Origin: an uncultured delta proteobacterium | GTDB lineage: Bacteria; Desulfobacterota; Zymogenia; Zymogenales; Zymogenaceae | DNA length: 64,000 bases | Direction of reading: 5' to 3' | Assembly (NCBI GenBank): GCA_963792965.1 | Contig: CAWBYW010000007.1 | Coordinates: forward strand, 480,001-544,000 | In this document: piece after piece, positions 1 to 12,305 of the stretch | Numbering within the stretch: the stretch's first letter is position 1 | Layout: each line of letters begins with the position of its first letter | Notes under the pieces: generated by a model | Databases searched by the model: none | Told to the model about the DNA's origin: nothing | The model's input: only the letters and a program-made list of their open reading frames with translations | Position numbers and translations under genes: made by a program

Positions 1-878
1 CCGATTACCTCACCAAAAAGACGAGACTGATCGATCGGATGCTCCGCCGGATTATTGACGATCTTGACAATGCCTCCCCAACCTTGAAGGAGGCCGTGAG
101 CTACAGCGTCTTCGCCGGAGGAAAACGGATCAGGCCGATACTCGCTATCGCCGCCGCTCAGGCCGTCGGAGGCAAGGAAAAGGACGCACTCTACGCCGGC
201 GCGGCCATCGAGTGCATCCATACCTACTCCCTCATACACGATGATCTTCCCGCCATGGATGACGACGATCTGCGCCGTGGGATTCCCACCAGCCATAAGG
301 TTTTCGGCGAGGCCGTCGCAATCCTGGCCGGCGATTGCCTTCTCACCAAGGCTTTTTCGCTCCTCTCCGACGCCTCCCTGTTTAACGCCGACAGCGGCCG
401 TCTCCTCAAGGTCGCCCATGAGATCGCCGAGGCGGCCGGGGAACGGGGAATGGTCGGCGGACAGACTTTGGATATAGAGGCCGAGCAAAAGGAGACGGAT
501 TTGGCCTCACTTGAATTCATCCACGTCAGGAAGACCGGCGCGCTGATCGTCGCCTCGGTTCGGGCAGGCAGCATACTGGGCGGCGGCACCGAGCAACAGC
601 TCTCTTCTCTCACCGAGTACGCCCGAAACCTGGGGCTCGCCTTTCAGATCACCGACGATGTCCTGGACGTAACCTCAACGAAGGAGAAGATGGGAAAGGC
701 CACCGGGAAAGACCACGTCAAAGGCAAGGCGACCTACCCGGCGCTCCTTGGCCTGACCGAGTCCAAGGCGCGGGCGCGTCAGCTCATAGACCGTGCCCTC
801 GTGTCCCTCTCGGATTTCAACGACTCCGCCGAGGGCCTTCGGGCCATCGCACGGTTCGTAATCGAAAGACAGGTATAG
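1..878 (+). CDS. ispA: Polyprenyl (farnesyl) diphosphate synthase; probably 5'-truncated by the window edge
   Basis: GGKRIRP, SLIHDDLPAMDDDDLRRG (FARM) and FQITDD (SARM) motifs; frame stays open upstream of ATG 39; typical ispA-dxs-tlyA order. Confidence 0.93.
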   Translation, partial: DYLTKKTRLIDRMLRRIIDDLDNASPTLKEAVSYSVFAGGKRIRPILAIAAAQAVGGKEKDALYAGAAIECIHTYSLIHDDLPAMDDDDLRRGIPTSHKVFGEAVAILAGDCLLTKAFSLLSDASLFNADSGRLLKVAHEIAEAAGERGMVGGQTLDIEAEQKETDLASLEFIHVRKTGALIVASVRAGSILGGGTEQQLSSLTEYARNLGLAFQITDDVLDVTSTKEKMGKATGKDHVKGKATYPALLGLTESKARARQLIDRALVSLSDFNDSAEGLRAIARFVIERQV

Positions 879-884
879 AAGACC

Positions 885-2801
885 ATGAGACGGATCCTCG
901 ACGACATCGACCACCCCCAGGATATCAAAAAGCTCCCCATTGAGGAGCTTCCGCTGCTTGCCGAAGAGATCAGGCACGTCATCATCGAGACCGTCGCTAA
1001 GACGGGGGGACATCTCGCGTCGAGCCTCGGGACCGTCGACCTGACCCTTGCGCTCTACTATGTCTTTGACCCCGATACGGACCAGATTGTCTGGGACGTG
1101 GGGCACCAGGCCTATTGCCACAAGATCCTCACGGGACGTAAGGACACCTTTGGGACGCTCAGGAAGCTCGGCGGCATCTCCGGTTTTCCGCGGATCGACG
1201 AGAACCCGTACGACAACTTCGGCACGGGGCACAGCTCCACCTCAATCTCCGCGGCCCTCGGGATAGCCACCGCGCGCTGCCTCAAGAACGAGGCCGGCAG
1301 GGTTATCGCCGTCATCGGCGACGGCTCCATGACCGGGGGGCAGGCCTTCGAGGCCCTCAATCAGGCGGGGCATCTCCAGAAGAACATCATCGTCGTCCTC
1401 AACGACAACGAGATGTCCATAGACCCCAACGTGGGCGCTCTCTCGTCGTTCTTATCCCGAAAGCTTTCCACCAAGACGATCGTGCGGATGAAAAAGGAGA
1501 TCGAGATATTTCTCAGGTCGTTCCCGATGATCGGGGAGGAGATGGTAAAGGTGGCCAAGCGCGCCGAGGACGCCATCAAGGGTTTTATCACCCCCGGCAT
1601 GCTTTTTGAGTCGATGAATTTTCAATACTTCGGGCCGATCGACGGGCATCGAGTCGACCAGCTCGTCGAGACGCTCCGCAACGTCAGGGATATCAATGCG
1701 CCGATCATCGTCCACGTCCTCACAAAGAAGGGAAAGGGATACGAGCCCGCCGAAAAAAACCCGACACGGTTTCACGGCATCGGCCCCTTCGACGTAAAGA
1801 CCGGAAGGAGCGTAGCCACCGGAACCCACGTCCCGACGTACACCCAGGTCTTCAGCAAAGCCCTCCTCACGCTTGCCGCCAAAGACGACAGGATCGTCGC
1901 CATTACCGCCGCCATGGGCGAAGGGACGGGGCTTTCGGCCTTCGCCGAAAAATACCCTGATAGGTTCTACGATGTGGGTATTGCCGAGCAGCACGCCATC
2001 ACCTTTGCGGCGGGCCTGGCCACCCAGGGATTCGTTCCGGTCGTGGCGATCTATTCCACCTTTCTCCAGCGGGCATACGATCAGGTTCTTCATGACGTCT
2101 CACTTCAGAACCTTCCGGTCGTTATCGCCATCGACCGGGGCGGGATCGTCGGCGAAGACGGCCCCACCCATCACGGGATCTTCGACATCGCATACCTCCG
2201 ATGCGTCCCCAACCTCATCTTAATGGCGCCCAAAGACGAAAACGAGCTTACCCGAATGCTCGTTACCGCCGTCCGGGCGGGGAGGCCCGCCGCCATTCGG
2301 TACCCGCGGGGAAGCGGCATCGGGGTAAAACTTGATCCCCACCCGACCGCGATCCCCGTCGGCCAGTCCGAGGTGATCCAGGAGGGGGACGATATTACGA
2401 TCGTCGCAATCGGCTCGATGGTCAATCCCGCCGCCGAGGCGGCCCAGAGGCTTTCGGCAATGGGGATTGCCGCAACAGTGATCAATGCCCGCTTCGTCAA
2501 ACCCCTCGACAGCGCCACCATAGGCCGCTTCGCCCGGAGGACCGGAATCGTTCTTACCGTCGAGGAGGGGATCCTCTCCGGCGGATTCGGCGGTGCCGTC
2601 CTGGAAGATCTCATGCTCACCATCGATACGCCTATCCATGTCAAATCGATGGGCATCCCGGACCGGTTCGTGGAACACGGCCCCCAGGAGATCCTCAGGG
2701 AAAAATACGATCTCTCCGCCCGGGGAATTACAAAGGCCGCGCTCGATCTTGTCACGCGCAAAGCCGAGGGCCTGCATGAGAGCGCCGACCACACGGGGTA
2801 A
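885..2801 (+). CDS. dxs: 1-deoxy-D-xylulose-5-phosphate synthase
   Basis: [31 protein letters not shown] motif, [18 protein letters not shown]. Confidence 0.97.
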   Translation: MRRILDDIDHPQDIKKLPIEELPLLAEEIRHVIIETVAKTGGHLASSLGTVDLTLALYYVFDPDTDQIVWDVGHQAYCHKILTGRKDTFGTLRKLGGISGFPRIDENPYDNFGTGHSSTSISAALGIATARCLKNEAGRVIAVIGDGSMTGGQAFEALNQAGHLQKNIIVVLNDNEMSIDPNVGALSSFLSRKLSTKTIVRMKKEIEIFLRSFPMIGEEMVKVAKRAEDAIKGFITPGMLFESMNFQYFGPIDGHRVDQLVETLRNVRDINAPIIVHVLTKKGKGYEPAEKNPTRFHGIGPFDVKTGRSVATGTHVPTYTQVFSKALLTLAAKDDRIVAITAAMGEGTGLSAFAEKYPDRFYDVGIAEQHAITFAAGLATQGFVPVVAIYSTFLQRAYDQVLHDVSLQNLPVVIAIDRGGIVGEDGPTHHGIFDIAYLRCVPNLILMAPKDENELTRMLVTAVRAGRPAAIRYPRGSGIGVKLDPHPTAIPVGQSEVIQEGDDITIVAIGSMVNPAAEAAQRLSAMGIAATVINARFVKPLDSATIGRFARRTGIVLTVEEGILSGGFGGAVLEDLMLTIDTPIHVKSMGIPDRFVEHGPQEILREKYDLSARGITKAALDLVTRKAEGLHESADHTG

Positions 2802-3539
2802 GGAGCGCATCGATCTCGTCATGGTCGATCGGGGGCTGGTGGAATCCCGCCATAAGGCCCGCGCAGTGATCCTGGCGGGCTCGGTGCTCGTCAACGGGAT
2901 CAGGGTCGATAAGGCCGGCGCGATGATCGACCCCGACGCCGATATCGTCCTGGTCGACCGACCCTCCCCTTTCGTGAGCCGGGGCGGCCAGAAGCTTGCC
3001 GCGGCCCTTGATAGAGTTCGGGGTCGATGTCACGGGCCTGACGCTCTTGGACGTGGGGGCCTCCACCGGCGGCTTCACCGACTGCCTCCTCAAGGCGGGG
3101 GCGGCGCGCGTCTATTGCGCTGGACGTTGGCTACGGTCAGCTTGCCTGGGAGCTGAGGAGCGATGCGCGCGTCATCACGATGGAGCGGACCAACATCCGG
3201 TACGCAAAGAGGTCCGACTTTCCCCACGACATAGACGGCGCTGTCATAGACGTCTCGTTCATCTCGCTCAGGTTGGTGCTGCCGGTTGTCCGGGATATCG
3301 TCGGGCCGGCGGGTTTCGTCATCGCCCTCATCAAGCCCCAGTTCGAGGTGGGGAGGCAGGACGTGGGGAAAGGCGGTGTCGTGAGGGACCCGGCGAAACA
3401 TCAGCGGGTCGTCGGAGCCATCGTGGATTTTGCGCAAGGCATCGGCTTTTCGGTCGGGGGGACGATCGACTCTCCCCTCCTGGGCCCCAAGGGAAACAAG
3501 GAGTTTCTTTATATATCTCAAGAAGGAATAATGATATGA
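2776..3539 (+). CDS. tlyA: TlyA-family rRNA methyltransferase (S4 + FtsJ), with two apparent frameshifts (~3010, ~3120)
   Basis: [22 protein letters not shown] in one frame, [15 protein letters not shown] in a second, [23 protein letters not shown] in a third. Confidence 0.9.
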
Positions 3540-4348
3540 GGCCGAATCGGGCCAAACCCTATTTCGACACGAAGCTCCCCATCGTGCTTGCCCACCGTGG
3601 GGCGAGCGGCACCGTCCCGGAAAACACGATACCGGCTTTCGAGGAGGCCGTGAAGATGGGGGCGCTCTATCTCGAAACGGACGTTCAGATCACAAAAGAC
3701 GGCGTGCTCGTCCTCGCCCACGACCCCCACCTCGGCCGGACGGCGGGCGTCGAGAAAGCGATCAAAGACCTCACCTTTAAGGAGCTCAGAGCTATCGACG
3801 TCGGCGCGGCGTTCTCGTCGGACGGGGGGAATACCTTCCCCTTCCGGGGCAAGGGGTTTGTCGTCGCCACCCTCGACGAGTTCCTGAAGCGTTTTAAGGA
3901 CCGGCGTGCGAATATCGAGGTAAAAGACGGCACGCCCGCCACCGCGCGGCTCGTCCTGGATATGCTGAAAAAGTATAGGGCCGAGGATCGGGTGCTCTTG
4001 GCATCGGAAAAGAGTGAAGCCCTCCCCTTCATCAGAAAAGAGGCCTCCCACATCGCCACGAGCGCCTGCCGAAAAGAGGTCCTCCGGTTTCTCTGGCAGT
4101 CGAAATTCATGAAAGGCTCCATGCGGGCACCGGCCTTCGATGCCCTCCAGGTCCCCGAGGGGCAGTTCGGAATAAAGGTGGTCAACGGGAATTTCCTCGA
4201 CGCGGCCCATCGGTTCGGCGTTCAGGTCCACGTCTGGACGATCAATAAAAAAGAGGATATGGAGCGTCTGTTCGCGCTCGGCGTCGACGGCATCTTTACC
4301 GACTTCCCCAAAATCGGCCTCCAAGCCGCCGCATCGCGCCGGCGATAG
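3536..4348 (+). CDS. Glycerophosphodiester phosphodiesterase
   Basis: AHRGAS..PENTIPAF, ETDVQITKDG, VHVWTIN, GVDGIFTD; ATG overlaps the tlyA stop. Confidence 0.9.
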   Translation: MRPNRAKPYFDTKLPIVLAHRGASGTVPENTIPAFEEAVKMGALYLETDVQITKDGVLVLAHDPHLGRTAGVEKAIKDLTFKELRAIDVGAAFSSDGGNTFPFRGKGFVVATLDEFLKRFKDRRANIEVKDGTPATARLVLDMLKKYRAEDRVLLASEKSEALPFIRKEASHIATSACRKEVLRFLWQSKFMKGSMRAPAFDALQVPEGQFGIKVVNGNFLDAAHRFGVQVHVWTINKKEDMERLFALGVDGIFTDFPKIGLQAAASRRR

Positions 4349-4366
4349 GCAACGGGCCCCACACCG

Positions 4367-5963
4367 ATGACTTTCACGTCAAAGCACGACGCACGATCCG
4401 GGCTCCCGGCCGCGCTTATTGTCGTCGTGCTCCTCGTGGCCTCGCTGTCGATCCATCTGATCGGCCTTGACCTCCCCTGGCGCGGGCCGCTTGATTCGAT
4501 CGGAGCGTGGAACTCCCACAACGCGGATTTCCTGATCAATCACGGGGCAGCGGTGACGAAGCTTGCCCTCGTCACGTCGGCCGGCTCTGTCGGCCCCGGC
4601 GATATAGAGTTCCGCCATACCCACCCGAGCCTCATCATTCTGTGGCTTGCGCTCTTCCGGGGCCCGCTGGGCACAGGCGAATGGACATCGAGGCTTGCGG
4701 CGATCGTGTTGTCCCTCATGCTCATCTGCTTCACCTATCTGATCGCCCGGCTGATAACCGACGCCCGGGTCTCTCGTCTTGTTCTGCTGGTCGCGGTCTT
4801 GCTGCCAATGGAGGCTTACTGGGGCAGGCTGCCGAGCGAGACACTCGCCGCATCGGCGCTGATGGCGGGCGCCGTCTATTTCTATCTCGCATACCGCCTC
4901 GGGCGCGGACACATTTTCGTCGTCTTTTTCTTCCTCTTTCATTTCCTGAGCTGTATGTCCGACTGGATCGCCTACCTGTTGCCCGCCGCCCTGATACTCT
5001 TTGAGCTCGCCGGACGCACGAGGCGCTTCCTGGTTCCCCTGGTCGCCCTCGGCCTCAATTTTATCTATTTCGGGATATTCGTCCTGCAGGGCTATTGGGC
5101 CGACGGAGACCTCTTCTTTCAGAAACTATTGGCCAGCGCATCCCCGTGGACGGGAACGAGCGCCGGCCGATATCTTATACGGTTCGGCGAAGATCGCCCT
5201 TCACATGGGGCTCTATTTCACGCTGCCGCTCTGTCTTGCGGCCGTCACCTGGCTCTTCCTCTTCCTGAGGCGATCGGCGGACAAAAAGGCGCCCGTCGAC
5301 GCGAGGACGAGCTATGTCTTCGCCGTCCCACTGATCTTCCTTTCGATCTTCGGCGTCTGGGCGCTCGTCTTCCCGAATCACGTGATCAATCACGAGGTCC
5401 TCCTCCACCCGTTGAGCCCCTTCTTCCCCCTGGCCTTCGGCCTCGTGATCTCCCGTTTCCCGGAGTGGACCCGTAAGCCTTTCCTCACGGTGCTCGTCGT
5501 AGTTTTGATGGTCGCTCAGCTCGGTGGCGTGCTTGCGTTGCGCTATTCGCGTCAGGACGGCTATCCCGTGGACTATCCCCTGTCAAGGGAGATGGAATCG
5601 GTTACGGACTATCGCGAGCATATCATCACCCACGTTACGCTCGCCCCGAGGTATTACCAGTTCTACTGCGATCGGGACATGCTTATGGGCGTCGGCACGA
5701 TACCCGAGTTCTTAAAGGCCACATCCCGTGGCAGATACACGACCTTCGTGGCGCTCGACCTCGACGCCTTCCTCTCCTCGTACCCTGAGATAGAAAGGGA
5801 CCCCGACGACCTCCTCGCAAAAGGCCGTCTCGCCGCAGACCCCGGACTCCTTTCCTACCTGAGGGTGCACTACCCTTGCGCGCGGGTATCCTATTTCCTG
5901 AAGTTCGATCTCGCAAAAAGAAACGGGCCCGACCTGTCGGCGGACCCAGATGCGGGACGATAG
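4367..5963 (+). CDS. Polytopic membrane protein, GT-C (ArnT/PMT-like) glycosyltransferase candidate, frameshift ~5180
   Basis: Many TM helices and an HTHPSL..GTGEWTSRL pattern typical of ArnT-like proteins; two ORFs join by one frame change. Confidence 0.55.
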
Positions 5964-5993
5964 GCTCCCGCACGGATTCAAAGGATATCCGTT

Positions 5994-6884
5994 CTATCCC
6001 TTCCTCCTTTCCTCCGAGGTAAACCGGACGCTCTTGAGCTCCCGGGGTATGCTCCTCTTGAACTTCACGGCGGGATAGCCGAGCATAACCCCAGCGTAGA
6101 CGCCGTTTCTTTCGGGGATGCCCAGCATTTCCTTGATTTTCTTGGCGCGGTTTACAACGGGCGGGATCAGACCGGAAACGCAACTCCCCAGCCCGAGCGA
6201 GACGGCGGCGACGGTGGCGTAAGACGACGCGATGAAGCAGTCCTGCTCGATGGATACCTTGTACTTGTCGCCGTGGAAAATCAGCAGAGCCGGGGCGCCG
6301 TAGGTGAAGTATTCCCGCTCCTTTTCGCTCTGTGTGAGTGCATGGCGCGCCGCCGGGACCACGTGACTCTTCAGGGCGTGGTACATCGGTCCGCCCTGCG
6401 CCAGCCGCATGACGCCCCTCGTCACGGGGTTGCCCATCATGAACAACAGGCCCTCGTACTGCTTTCTCACCTCCACCAGCAGCGCCTCGATGTCCGGCCT
6501 GCGGTCGAGCACGAGCACCTCCACGTCCGTCGGCGGAACGCCCATGGGCGCCGTGGCCGCCGCGGCAATAACCGACTTGATGACATCCTTCGGCACCGGG
6601 TCTTTCTTGTAGTTTCTGACGGATCTCCGGGTACGGAGAGACGCCAACAGTGTATCGAAGTCGACGGTCTTCTTTGTCAGCGGGGCGAAGTCCTTATAGT
6701 CAAGACCTTCGACCTTAATGGAGCGCGACGGGCAGATCGACATGCACAGGCCGCACCGGAAGCAGTCCCAGTCCTTGAAGGAAAGAACCTCGAACCGCCC
6801 GTCTACCTCGTGTATGATCCTGGCCCCGCAGACCCGCGCGCAGAGGCCGCAGTCGGTGCAGGTCGTGTGATTGATCCGCGTCAT
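5994..6884 (-). CDS. Nitroreductase family protein with N-terminal 2x[4Fe-4S] ferredoxin domain
   Basis: CxxCxxCxxxC twice; RRSVRNY..AAATAP; SLGLGSC. Confidence 0.9.
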   Translation of the reverse strand: MTRINHTTCTDCGLCARVCGARIIHEVDGRFEVLSFKDWDCFRCGLCMSICPSRSIKVEGLDYKDFAPLTKKTVDFDTLLASLRTRRSVRNYKKDPVPKDVIKSVIAAAATAPMGVPPTDVEVLVLDRRPDIEALLVEVRKQYEGLLFMMGNPVTRGVMRLAQGGPMYHALKSHVVPAARHALTQSEKEREYFTYGAPALLIFHGDKYKVSIEQDCFIASSYATVAAVSLGLGSCVSGLIPPVVNRAKKIKEMLGIPERNGVYAGVMLGYPAVKFKRSIPRELKSVRFTSEERRKG

Positions 6885-7019
6885 CCGTTTACCCCCTCGT
6901 GGTGCCGGTGTATCGCGCCCGGCATAGCCCGGCGCACCACGATTATAGACCGATTGAGCCGCGAGTCAAGCGCCGTCTTATCCGGTCCCCGAGTTAAGGG
7001 AACGCGAGCACTGCCGCAT

Positions 7020-7646
7020 CTATTCGATGGGTTTTCCCGATATCGTGAAGACACAGGCGGGCGCGCCCATCGCCCGGCACTCGGTCTCCTTCACCTGGTA
7101 GCGTTTACCCGTCGCCCAGAAGACGGACTCGTCGTCGAACCCCTCCTCCCCAAAACAGACGACACCCTCGCTCCCCTTGATGTCGTGGCACCAGCTGCAT
7201 CGGTTGATCCTGATCTCAAACCCGTCGGCCGTCTTCTTGAATTCCTGGTGTCCCTCGCCGAATATCTTGTTGGTCTCATAGCAGATGGCGCCCTGTATCG
7301 CCATGATCCGATCGTCGTCACTGCCCAGCTTCTTGAGCTCCATCCCGACAAGACCGAAGAGCTCGGGGCTCTTTTCGACGACAAACTGAAATCCGCGCCT
7401 CCCTGCCGTCTTCAGGATCGCCCGCGCGCCTTTGGGGCCGACGACGTCGATCGTCCCCTTCACGAGGTGAGAGAAATCGATCGCGTTCGATTCGGTTTGC
7501 GAGTCGTTGGGTGGATAGTTGTTCCTGAATTTCGAAAGGCCGGAGATATTGAGTATGGAGAAAAGACCGTTGAGCCCCATGATGTCTTCGATGGTAATGA
7601 GGGCGACATAGATGAGGGAATTGGGTATTTTTCGCTCTTCCAGCAT
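7020..7646 (-). CDS. V4R (4-vinyl reductase) domain protein
   Basis: CSWC..VVC..VKETECRAMGAPACVF; AGGAGGA RBS before ATG 7646. Confidence 0.8.
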   Translation of the reverse strand: MLEERKIPNSLIYVALITIEDIMGLNGLFSILNISGLSKFRNNYPPNDSQTESNAIDFSHLVKGTIDVVGPKGARAILKTAGRRGFQFVVEKSPELFGLVGMELKKLGSDDDRIMAIQGAICYETNKIFGEGHQEFKKTADGFEIRINRCSWCHDIKGSEGVVCFGEEGFDDESVFWATGKRYQVKETECRAMGAPACVFTISGKPIE

Positions 7647-7887
7647 CGGATCCTCCTGAGAAGGGGTAGGTGGGATTGTGATACGTCCGGCGGCAATCAT
7701 AATACAAAATACAGTTCGAGTGCAAAATAAATAACATATCCGCAAAAAATTTTCCCGTCACTCCGTCGACCCGGATCCCGCCTCGGGCCCATTCGTATTT
7801 GACTTGACAGCATCGCCCCAAAAGAAATATAAATGAAACAGGTTTCTTTTCCTCTTTACGCATCAAAGAGCCGACGTGAGGTTTACT

Positions 7888-9930
7888 ATGAGCCGGTGGA
7901 TAAAGGGAGTCCTGTTATGCGTGGTGACCGTCGTCGTGGTTATCGTCCTCTTCTTCCTCTTCCTCTTCAAGGTCTACCCGAGGGTTGACTACTCCGTCCC
8001 CCTTGCCGGGACGGCGGCGGACTACGAGATCAAAAAGGTCGGTGACTCGCTCATCCTGGTCGAAAATGCCCTCCCCTACCCCACTGATTTCGACACGGCC
8101 ACCTACCCGGCACAGGACCTCGGCGGAACCTGGAAGATGCGCTTTGACCCCGCCGAAATCGGGGAAAAAGACGGCTGGCAGCACGTCACAGAGCCCGACG
8201 AGAGCTGGACCGATATCACGATCCCGTCCACCTACAACAGCTACGACGGCCCGTACCGCAAGCACCTCGGCGTCGTCTGGTTCATGGTGAAGTTCGTTCC
8301 CACAAAAGACCGGACCGACAGCTCATTTGTCCGCCTCGGCTTTGACGGGGTGCTCTTGCGCTCCAAGGTCTGGCTCAACGGGATACCCGTCGGCTCCCAC
8401 GAAGGCGGCTACACGCCCTTCTATCTGGACGTGACCACGGCCGTGAGGCCCGGCAAGGAAAACGTGCTCGTCGTCAGGACCGACAACCGCCTGACGTTTG
8501 ACTCGCTTCCCGTCAAGTCGTGGAAGGGGCACACCGCCGGCTGGGGTTACTACGGCGGGATATACCGGGATGTGCATCTGGCCTGGCTCCCCCGGACCTA
8601 TCTCTTTAAGGCGGTCGTCACCTCTGAGACAAAGCCCGAATCCGGGACCGTCACCGTCGACTATTTCGTCCACAGCCGTGGGGACCATAGCGCGTACACC
8701 GTCTCGGGCGCGCTGACGGACCCCTCCGGGAGGCGCTACGAGATTCCCCCCCAGACCCACACCCCCGCCGGTGAGTTTGACGAACAGCGGATCGCCGTGC
8801 CGATCGGTCGGCCCGCCCTCTGGTCGCCGGAGTCCCCAAGGCTCTACACGCTGGCGTTGACGCTTGCCTCCGGGACGAAAAAGGAGACGTTGACCACGAA
8901 GATCGGCCTGCGCACGATCACGGTCGGCGCGGACGGCCTCTTCCTCAACGGGAAGAAGATCTTTTTGAGGGGCATCAGCAAGCACGAGGACGACCCGAAG
9001 CTCGGCGCCACGCTGACCAACAAGATAGTCGACCGCGACCTGTCGCTCATACAGGACATGGGGGCCGATTTTATCAGGCTTGCCCACTACCCGCACGACG
9101 AAAAGGAGCTCCATGCCGTCCGGGACCGGGGCATCATGGTCTCCGAGGAGATCCCCTACTATAAGGTGGGGATCGGCTGGGCGGAGTGGTTCCAGGAGAA
9201 GAAGGGCATCCTCGCCTTCCCGGTCGGGACCTTCGGGATGAAGCAGCTGGATGGCCTGCCCCTCATGAGGATCGCCCAGCGCCAGCTCATCGAGATGGTC
9301 GAGCGGGACCGCAACAACCCGGCCGTGATCATGTGGCTGGTCGCAAACGAGACCTACACGCTCTTTGAGGAGGGAGGCAGATATCACGGCTGGATGCGGG
9401 ACGTGGTCCGCGCGTTCGACGCCACGCGCCCCGTCACGATGGCCGAGCAGACCTACGACAAGCCTCTGCTCGATGACCACCGGCGCTCGGCCGACTATAT
9501 GGACGTCGTCTCGCTGAACACCTACTTCGGTTGGTACTACGGCACGTTCGACGGCATAGATGCGCACCTCGGCCATTTCCACACCCTCTTCCCCGACAAG
9601 CCGATCTTCCTGACCGAGTTCGGCGCCGAGGCCGGCCCCGGCCGGCACGACACCGACGGGCTCTGGGTGGGCGAGCGCGTGAGCCCGGGCAAGACCTACT
9701 CCGAGGAATATCAGGACAAGGTGATCCGCGGATACCTCGGGATCGCCGTGGAGAAGAAATACGTCATCGGGGTGTGCCCCTGGGTCTTCGCCGACTTCTG
9801 GGACCCCTGGTTCCCCCACAACCCGGTGCCCGACTACAACACCAAGGGGGTCGTCTCGCGCGACCGGGTCCCGAAGCTCTCCTACTATTCCCTGAAGCAG
9901 CTCTATACCGACATGAAGGAAAAGCCGTAA
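7888..9930 (+). CDS. Glycoside hydrolase family 2, probably beta-glucuronidase, with N-terminal membrane anchor
   Basis: [28 protein letters not shown] acid/base, TEFG nucleophile, NTKG motif; hydrophobic N-terminus. Confidence 0.85.
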   Translation: MSRWIKGVLLCVVTVVVVIVLFFLFLFKVYPRVDYSVPLAGTAADYEIKKVGDSLILVENALPYPTDFDTATYPAQDLGGTWKMRFDPAEIGEKDGWQHVTEPDESWTDITIPSTYNSYDGPYRKHLGVVWFMVKFVPTKDRTDSSFVRLGFDGVLLRSKVWLNGIPVGSHEGGYTPFYLDVTTAVRPGKENVLVVRTDNRLTFDSLPVKSWKGHTAGWGYYGGIYRDVHLAWLPRTYLFKAVVTSETKPESGTVTVDYFVHSRGDHSAYTVSGALTDPSGRRYEIPPQTHTPAGEFDEQRIAVPIGRPALWSPESPRLYTLALTLASGTKKETLTTKIGLRTITVGADGLFLNGKKIFLRGISKHEDDPKLGATLTNKIVDRDLSLIQDMGADFIRLAHYPHDEKELHAVRDRGIMVSEEIPYYKVGIGWAEWFQEKKGILAFPVGTFGMKQLDGLPLMRIAQRQLIEMVERDRNNPAVIMWLVANETYTLFEEGGRYHGWMRDVVRAFDATRPVTMAEQTYDKPLLDDHRRSADYMDVVSLNTYFGWYYGTFDGIDAHLGHFHTLFPDKPIFLTEFGAEAGPGRHDTDGLWVGERVSPGKTYSEEYQDKVIRGYLGIAVEKKYVIGVCPWVFADFWDPWFPHNPVPDYNTKGVVSRDRVPKLSYYSLKQLYTDMKEKP

Positions 9931-9947
9931 CCGGCAAGGACACGCAT

Positions 9948-10535
9948 ATGGCACGAAAGGCAGAGATTACCAGGAAGACCACCGAGACGAACGTAAGCCT
10001 CACGCTCGATCTCGACGGCGAGGGAAAGTATAAAGTTTCGAGCCCCGCCCCGTTTCTGAACCACATGCTGGAGCTTTTTTCCCGCCACGGGCTCTTCGAC
10101 CTGACGCTCGAGGCCACGGGGGACAGCGACATCGACCTCCACCACACGGTCGAGGATATCGGGATCTGCCTCGGCGACGCCGTGGACAAGGCCCTCGGGG
10201 ACAAATCCGGCATCACGCGCTACGGCACCTCCACCGTCCCCATGGACGAGGCGCTGGCCACCGTCGTGGTGGACCTCTCGGGGAGGCCCTTTCTGGTCTA
10301 TGAAGTGGAGTTCGGGTCCGACAAGGTCGGCGAGTTTGACCTCGAGCTCTTCGAGGAATTCTTCAAGAGCTTCGCGAACCATGCAAAGGCCAATGTCCAC
10401 GTCGTGATACACCACGGCAAGAACGCCCACCACATGGCCGAATCGTGCTTCAAGGCGTTCGCCCGGGCGCTGTCCGACGCGGTCAGGATCGACCCACGGA
10501 TAAAGGGCGTGCTGTCGACCAAGGGGAAGCTGTAA
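9948..10535 (+). CDS. hisB: Imidazoleglycerol-phosphate dehydratase
   Basis: [35 protein letters not shown]. Confidence 0.96.
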   Translation: MARKAEITRKTTETNVSLTLDLDGEGKYKVSSPAPFLNHMLELFSRHGLFDLTLEATGDSDIDLHHTVEDIGICLGDAVDKALGDKSGITRYGTSTVPMDEALATVVVDLSGRPFLVYEVEFGSDKVGEFDLELFEEFFKSFANHAKANVHVVIHHGKNAHHMAESCFKAFARALSDAVRIDPRIKGVLSTKGKL

Positions 10536-10665
10536 CCTCCCCCAAGAATGCGAGCATTTTTGGGGGCCCCGGTGTCGCCCCACGAAGCCTATTTCATGGA
10601 TACCCCCTGTTCATCCGACAGAACGGCTTTTCCGGCCGTGAGTTCTTGCCGGAGAGGATTTGTAC

Positions 10666-10706
10666 TTGACAAAAAGACACTTCATGCAATACGCTGTATA
10701 TTGCAT
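10666..10706 (+). promoter_or_regulatory. Putative sigma70 promoter with overlapping palindromic operator ATGCAATA-N7-TATTGCAT
   Basis: TTGACA at 10666-10671; perfect 8-bp inverted repeat at 10684-10691 / 10699-10706. Confidence 0.5.
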
Positions 10707-10811
10707 AGTAACTTGCTCAGCATTTAACGTATTCGCGCGAAAAAACCAGCGCAAGGTGTATGGAGCGGTTCACCAGGATTATCGGAAAAATCTCCGTAAG
10801 GGGGCACAGGA

Positions 10812-12305
10812 ATGGCAGATTATGATGTTGTAGTAATCGGCGCGGGCTGCGGCGGTCTGAGCGCCGGGGCGCTCTTGGCCAAACAGGGACGCAAGGTTTT
10901 GGTGCTCGAACAGAGTGACCTCATTGGCGGATGCTGTTCCACCTTCGAGAAAGACGGCTACTTTTTCGACTCGGGCGCGTCCATCGTCGAGATAGTCGAT
11001 CCCATCGAGCGCGCGTTCCAGGCGCTCGGGACGACGCTCAAGGCCGAGATCGACCTCATCCCGTGCGATCCAATCGTGACGTGCCTGTTGCGCGACGGCA
11101 GCCGCATCACCTATCCCTTCTCGATGGAAGGCACCAAGAAAGCGTTGGAGGCCTTCTCCGCCGAGGACGCGCGCAACTGGGACAAGTACGTTTCCTACTT
11201 CTACGAGTTGACCGATGTTGCCTATAACACGCTCTTCAGCGAGCCGGCAAACGGCATCCTCGACATCGTGCACATGCTGCGCAAGGACCCGCGCCTGCTC
11301 AAGTACCTGCCGGCGTATTTTACCAGCTATCAATCCATGATGCGAAAGTACTTCGGCAACAAGACCCAGGAGTCCTTCGCGTTCCAATCGTTCTACTTTG
11401 GACTCCCGCCCGAGCTCTTGCCGGGCGTCTTTGCGCTGGTGCCCTGCACCGAGCATCGCGGGCTGTTCTATCCGCGCGGCGGCATGATCCAGATACCGAA
11501 AGCGCTCCAGCGGTGCGGCGAGCGGTTCGGCATGCAGCTCCGTCTCAATACGCACGTCGAGAAAGTCCTGGTGCAGGATCGCAGGGCCATCGGCGTGCGT
11601 TTTGGCGACGGGACGGAGATCACGAGCTCGCTTGTCGTGTCCAACGTCAACGCCAAGACGCTCTACCTCAAGATGATCGGCGAGGAGCATCTGCCGTGGC
11701 TCGCGCGCAAAGGCGTCAGGAGCTACGAATATTCCCTGACCGCGCCGATGGTCTACCTCGGAATCGATTACAGGCCCCAGCTCGACGCGCACCACACGCT
11801 CATCTCGCCGACGGTCGAGGAAATAAACACCTTCTGGCGGGACCGCCGTATCAAGCCGATCCCCGACAAGCAGTTCGGATTGATCGGATGGTCCACGTTC
11901 ACGGATCCTTCCATGGCTCCCAAGGACAAGCATGCGCTTGTCATCACCACGATGGGCGCCTACCACCTGAACGGGACCGATTGGGACACCGAAAAGCCTC
12001 GCTTTATCAAAAGCGTGATCAAGTACCTCTCCGACAATTTCGTGCCCGGCCTGTCCGATCATGTCAAGGTCGCCGATATGACGACGCCTCTGGACTTCGA
12101 GCGCCGGATCGGTCTCGGCGAGGGCGCGATCTACGGCCTGGCGCAGGACTTCCCGACCGGAACGATGTTCCGCCCGGCGAACAAATCGAAAAACATCCGG
12201 GGGCTTTACCTGGTCGGCTCGTCAACCAACCCGGGCGGAGGCGTGCCCACAACGATCGCCTCGGGCGCGATCACGTCACGTTTGATTGCCAAATACGAAG
12301 GATGA
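10812..12305 (+). CDS. Phytoene desaturase (CrtI)-like FAD-dependent oxidoreductase
   Basis: VIGAGCGGL Rossmann fold, FEKDGYFFDSG, YPRGG, GLYLVGSSTNPGGGVP. Confidence 0.85.
   Translation: MADYDVVVIGAGCGGLSAGALLAKQGRKVLVLEQSDLIGGCCSTFEKDGYFFDSGASIVEIVDPIERAFQALGTTLKAEIDLIPCDPIVTCLLRDGSRITYPFSMEGTKKALEAFSAEDARNWDKYVSYFYELTDVAYNTLFSEPANGILDIVHMLRKDPRLLKYLPAYFTSYQSMMRKYFGNKTQESFAFQSFYFGLPPELLPGVFALVPCTEHRGLFYPRGGMIQIPKALQRCGERFGMQLRLNTHVEKVLVQDRRAIGVRFGDGTEITSSLVVSNVNAKTLYLKMIGEEHLPWLARKGVRSYEYSLTAPMVYLGIDYRPQLDAHHTLISPTVEEINTFWRDRRIKPIPDKQFGLIGWSTFTDPSMAPKDKHALVITTMGAYHLNGTDWDTEKPRFIKSVIKYLSDNFVPGLSDHVKVADMTTPLDFERRIGLGEGAIYGLAQDFPTGTMFRPANKSKNIRGLYLVGSSTNPGGGVPTTIASGAITSRLIAKYEG

Noticed and set aside
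8323-9954. Long antisense ORFs (also 10779-12062, 43097-44395, 6273-7730)
   Set aside because: Expected shadows of GC-rich coding genes; no recognisable motifs
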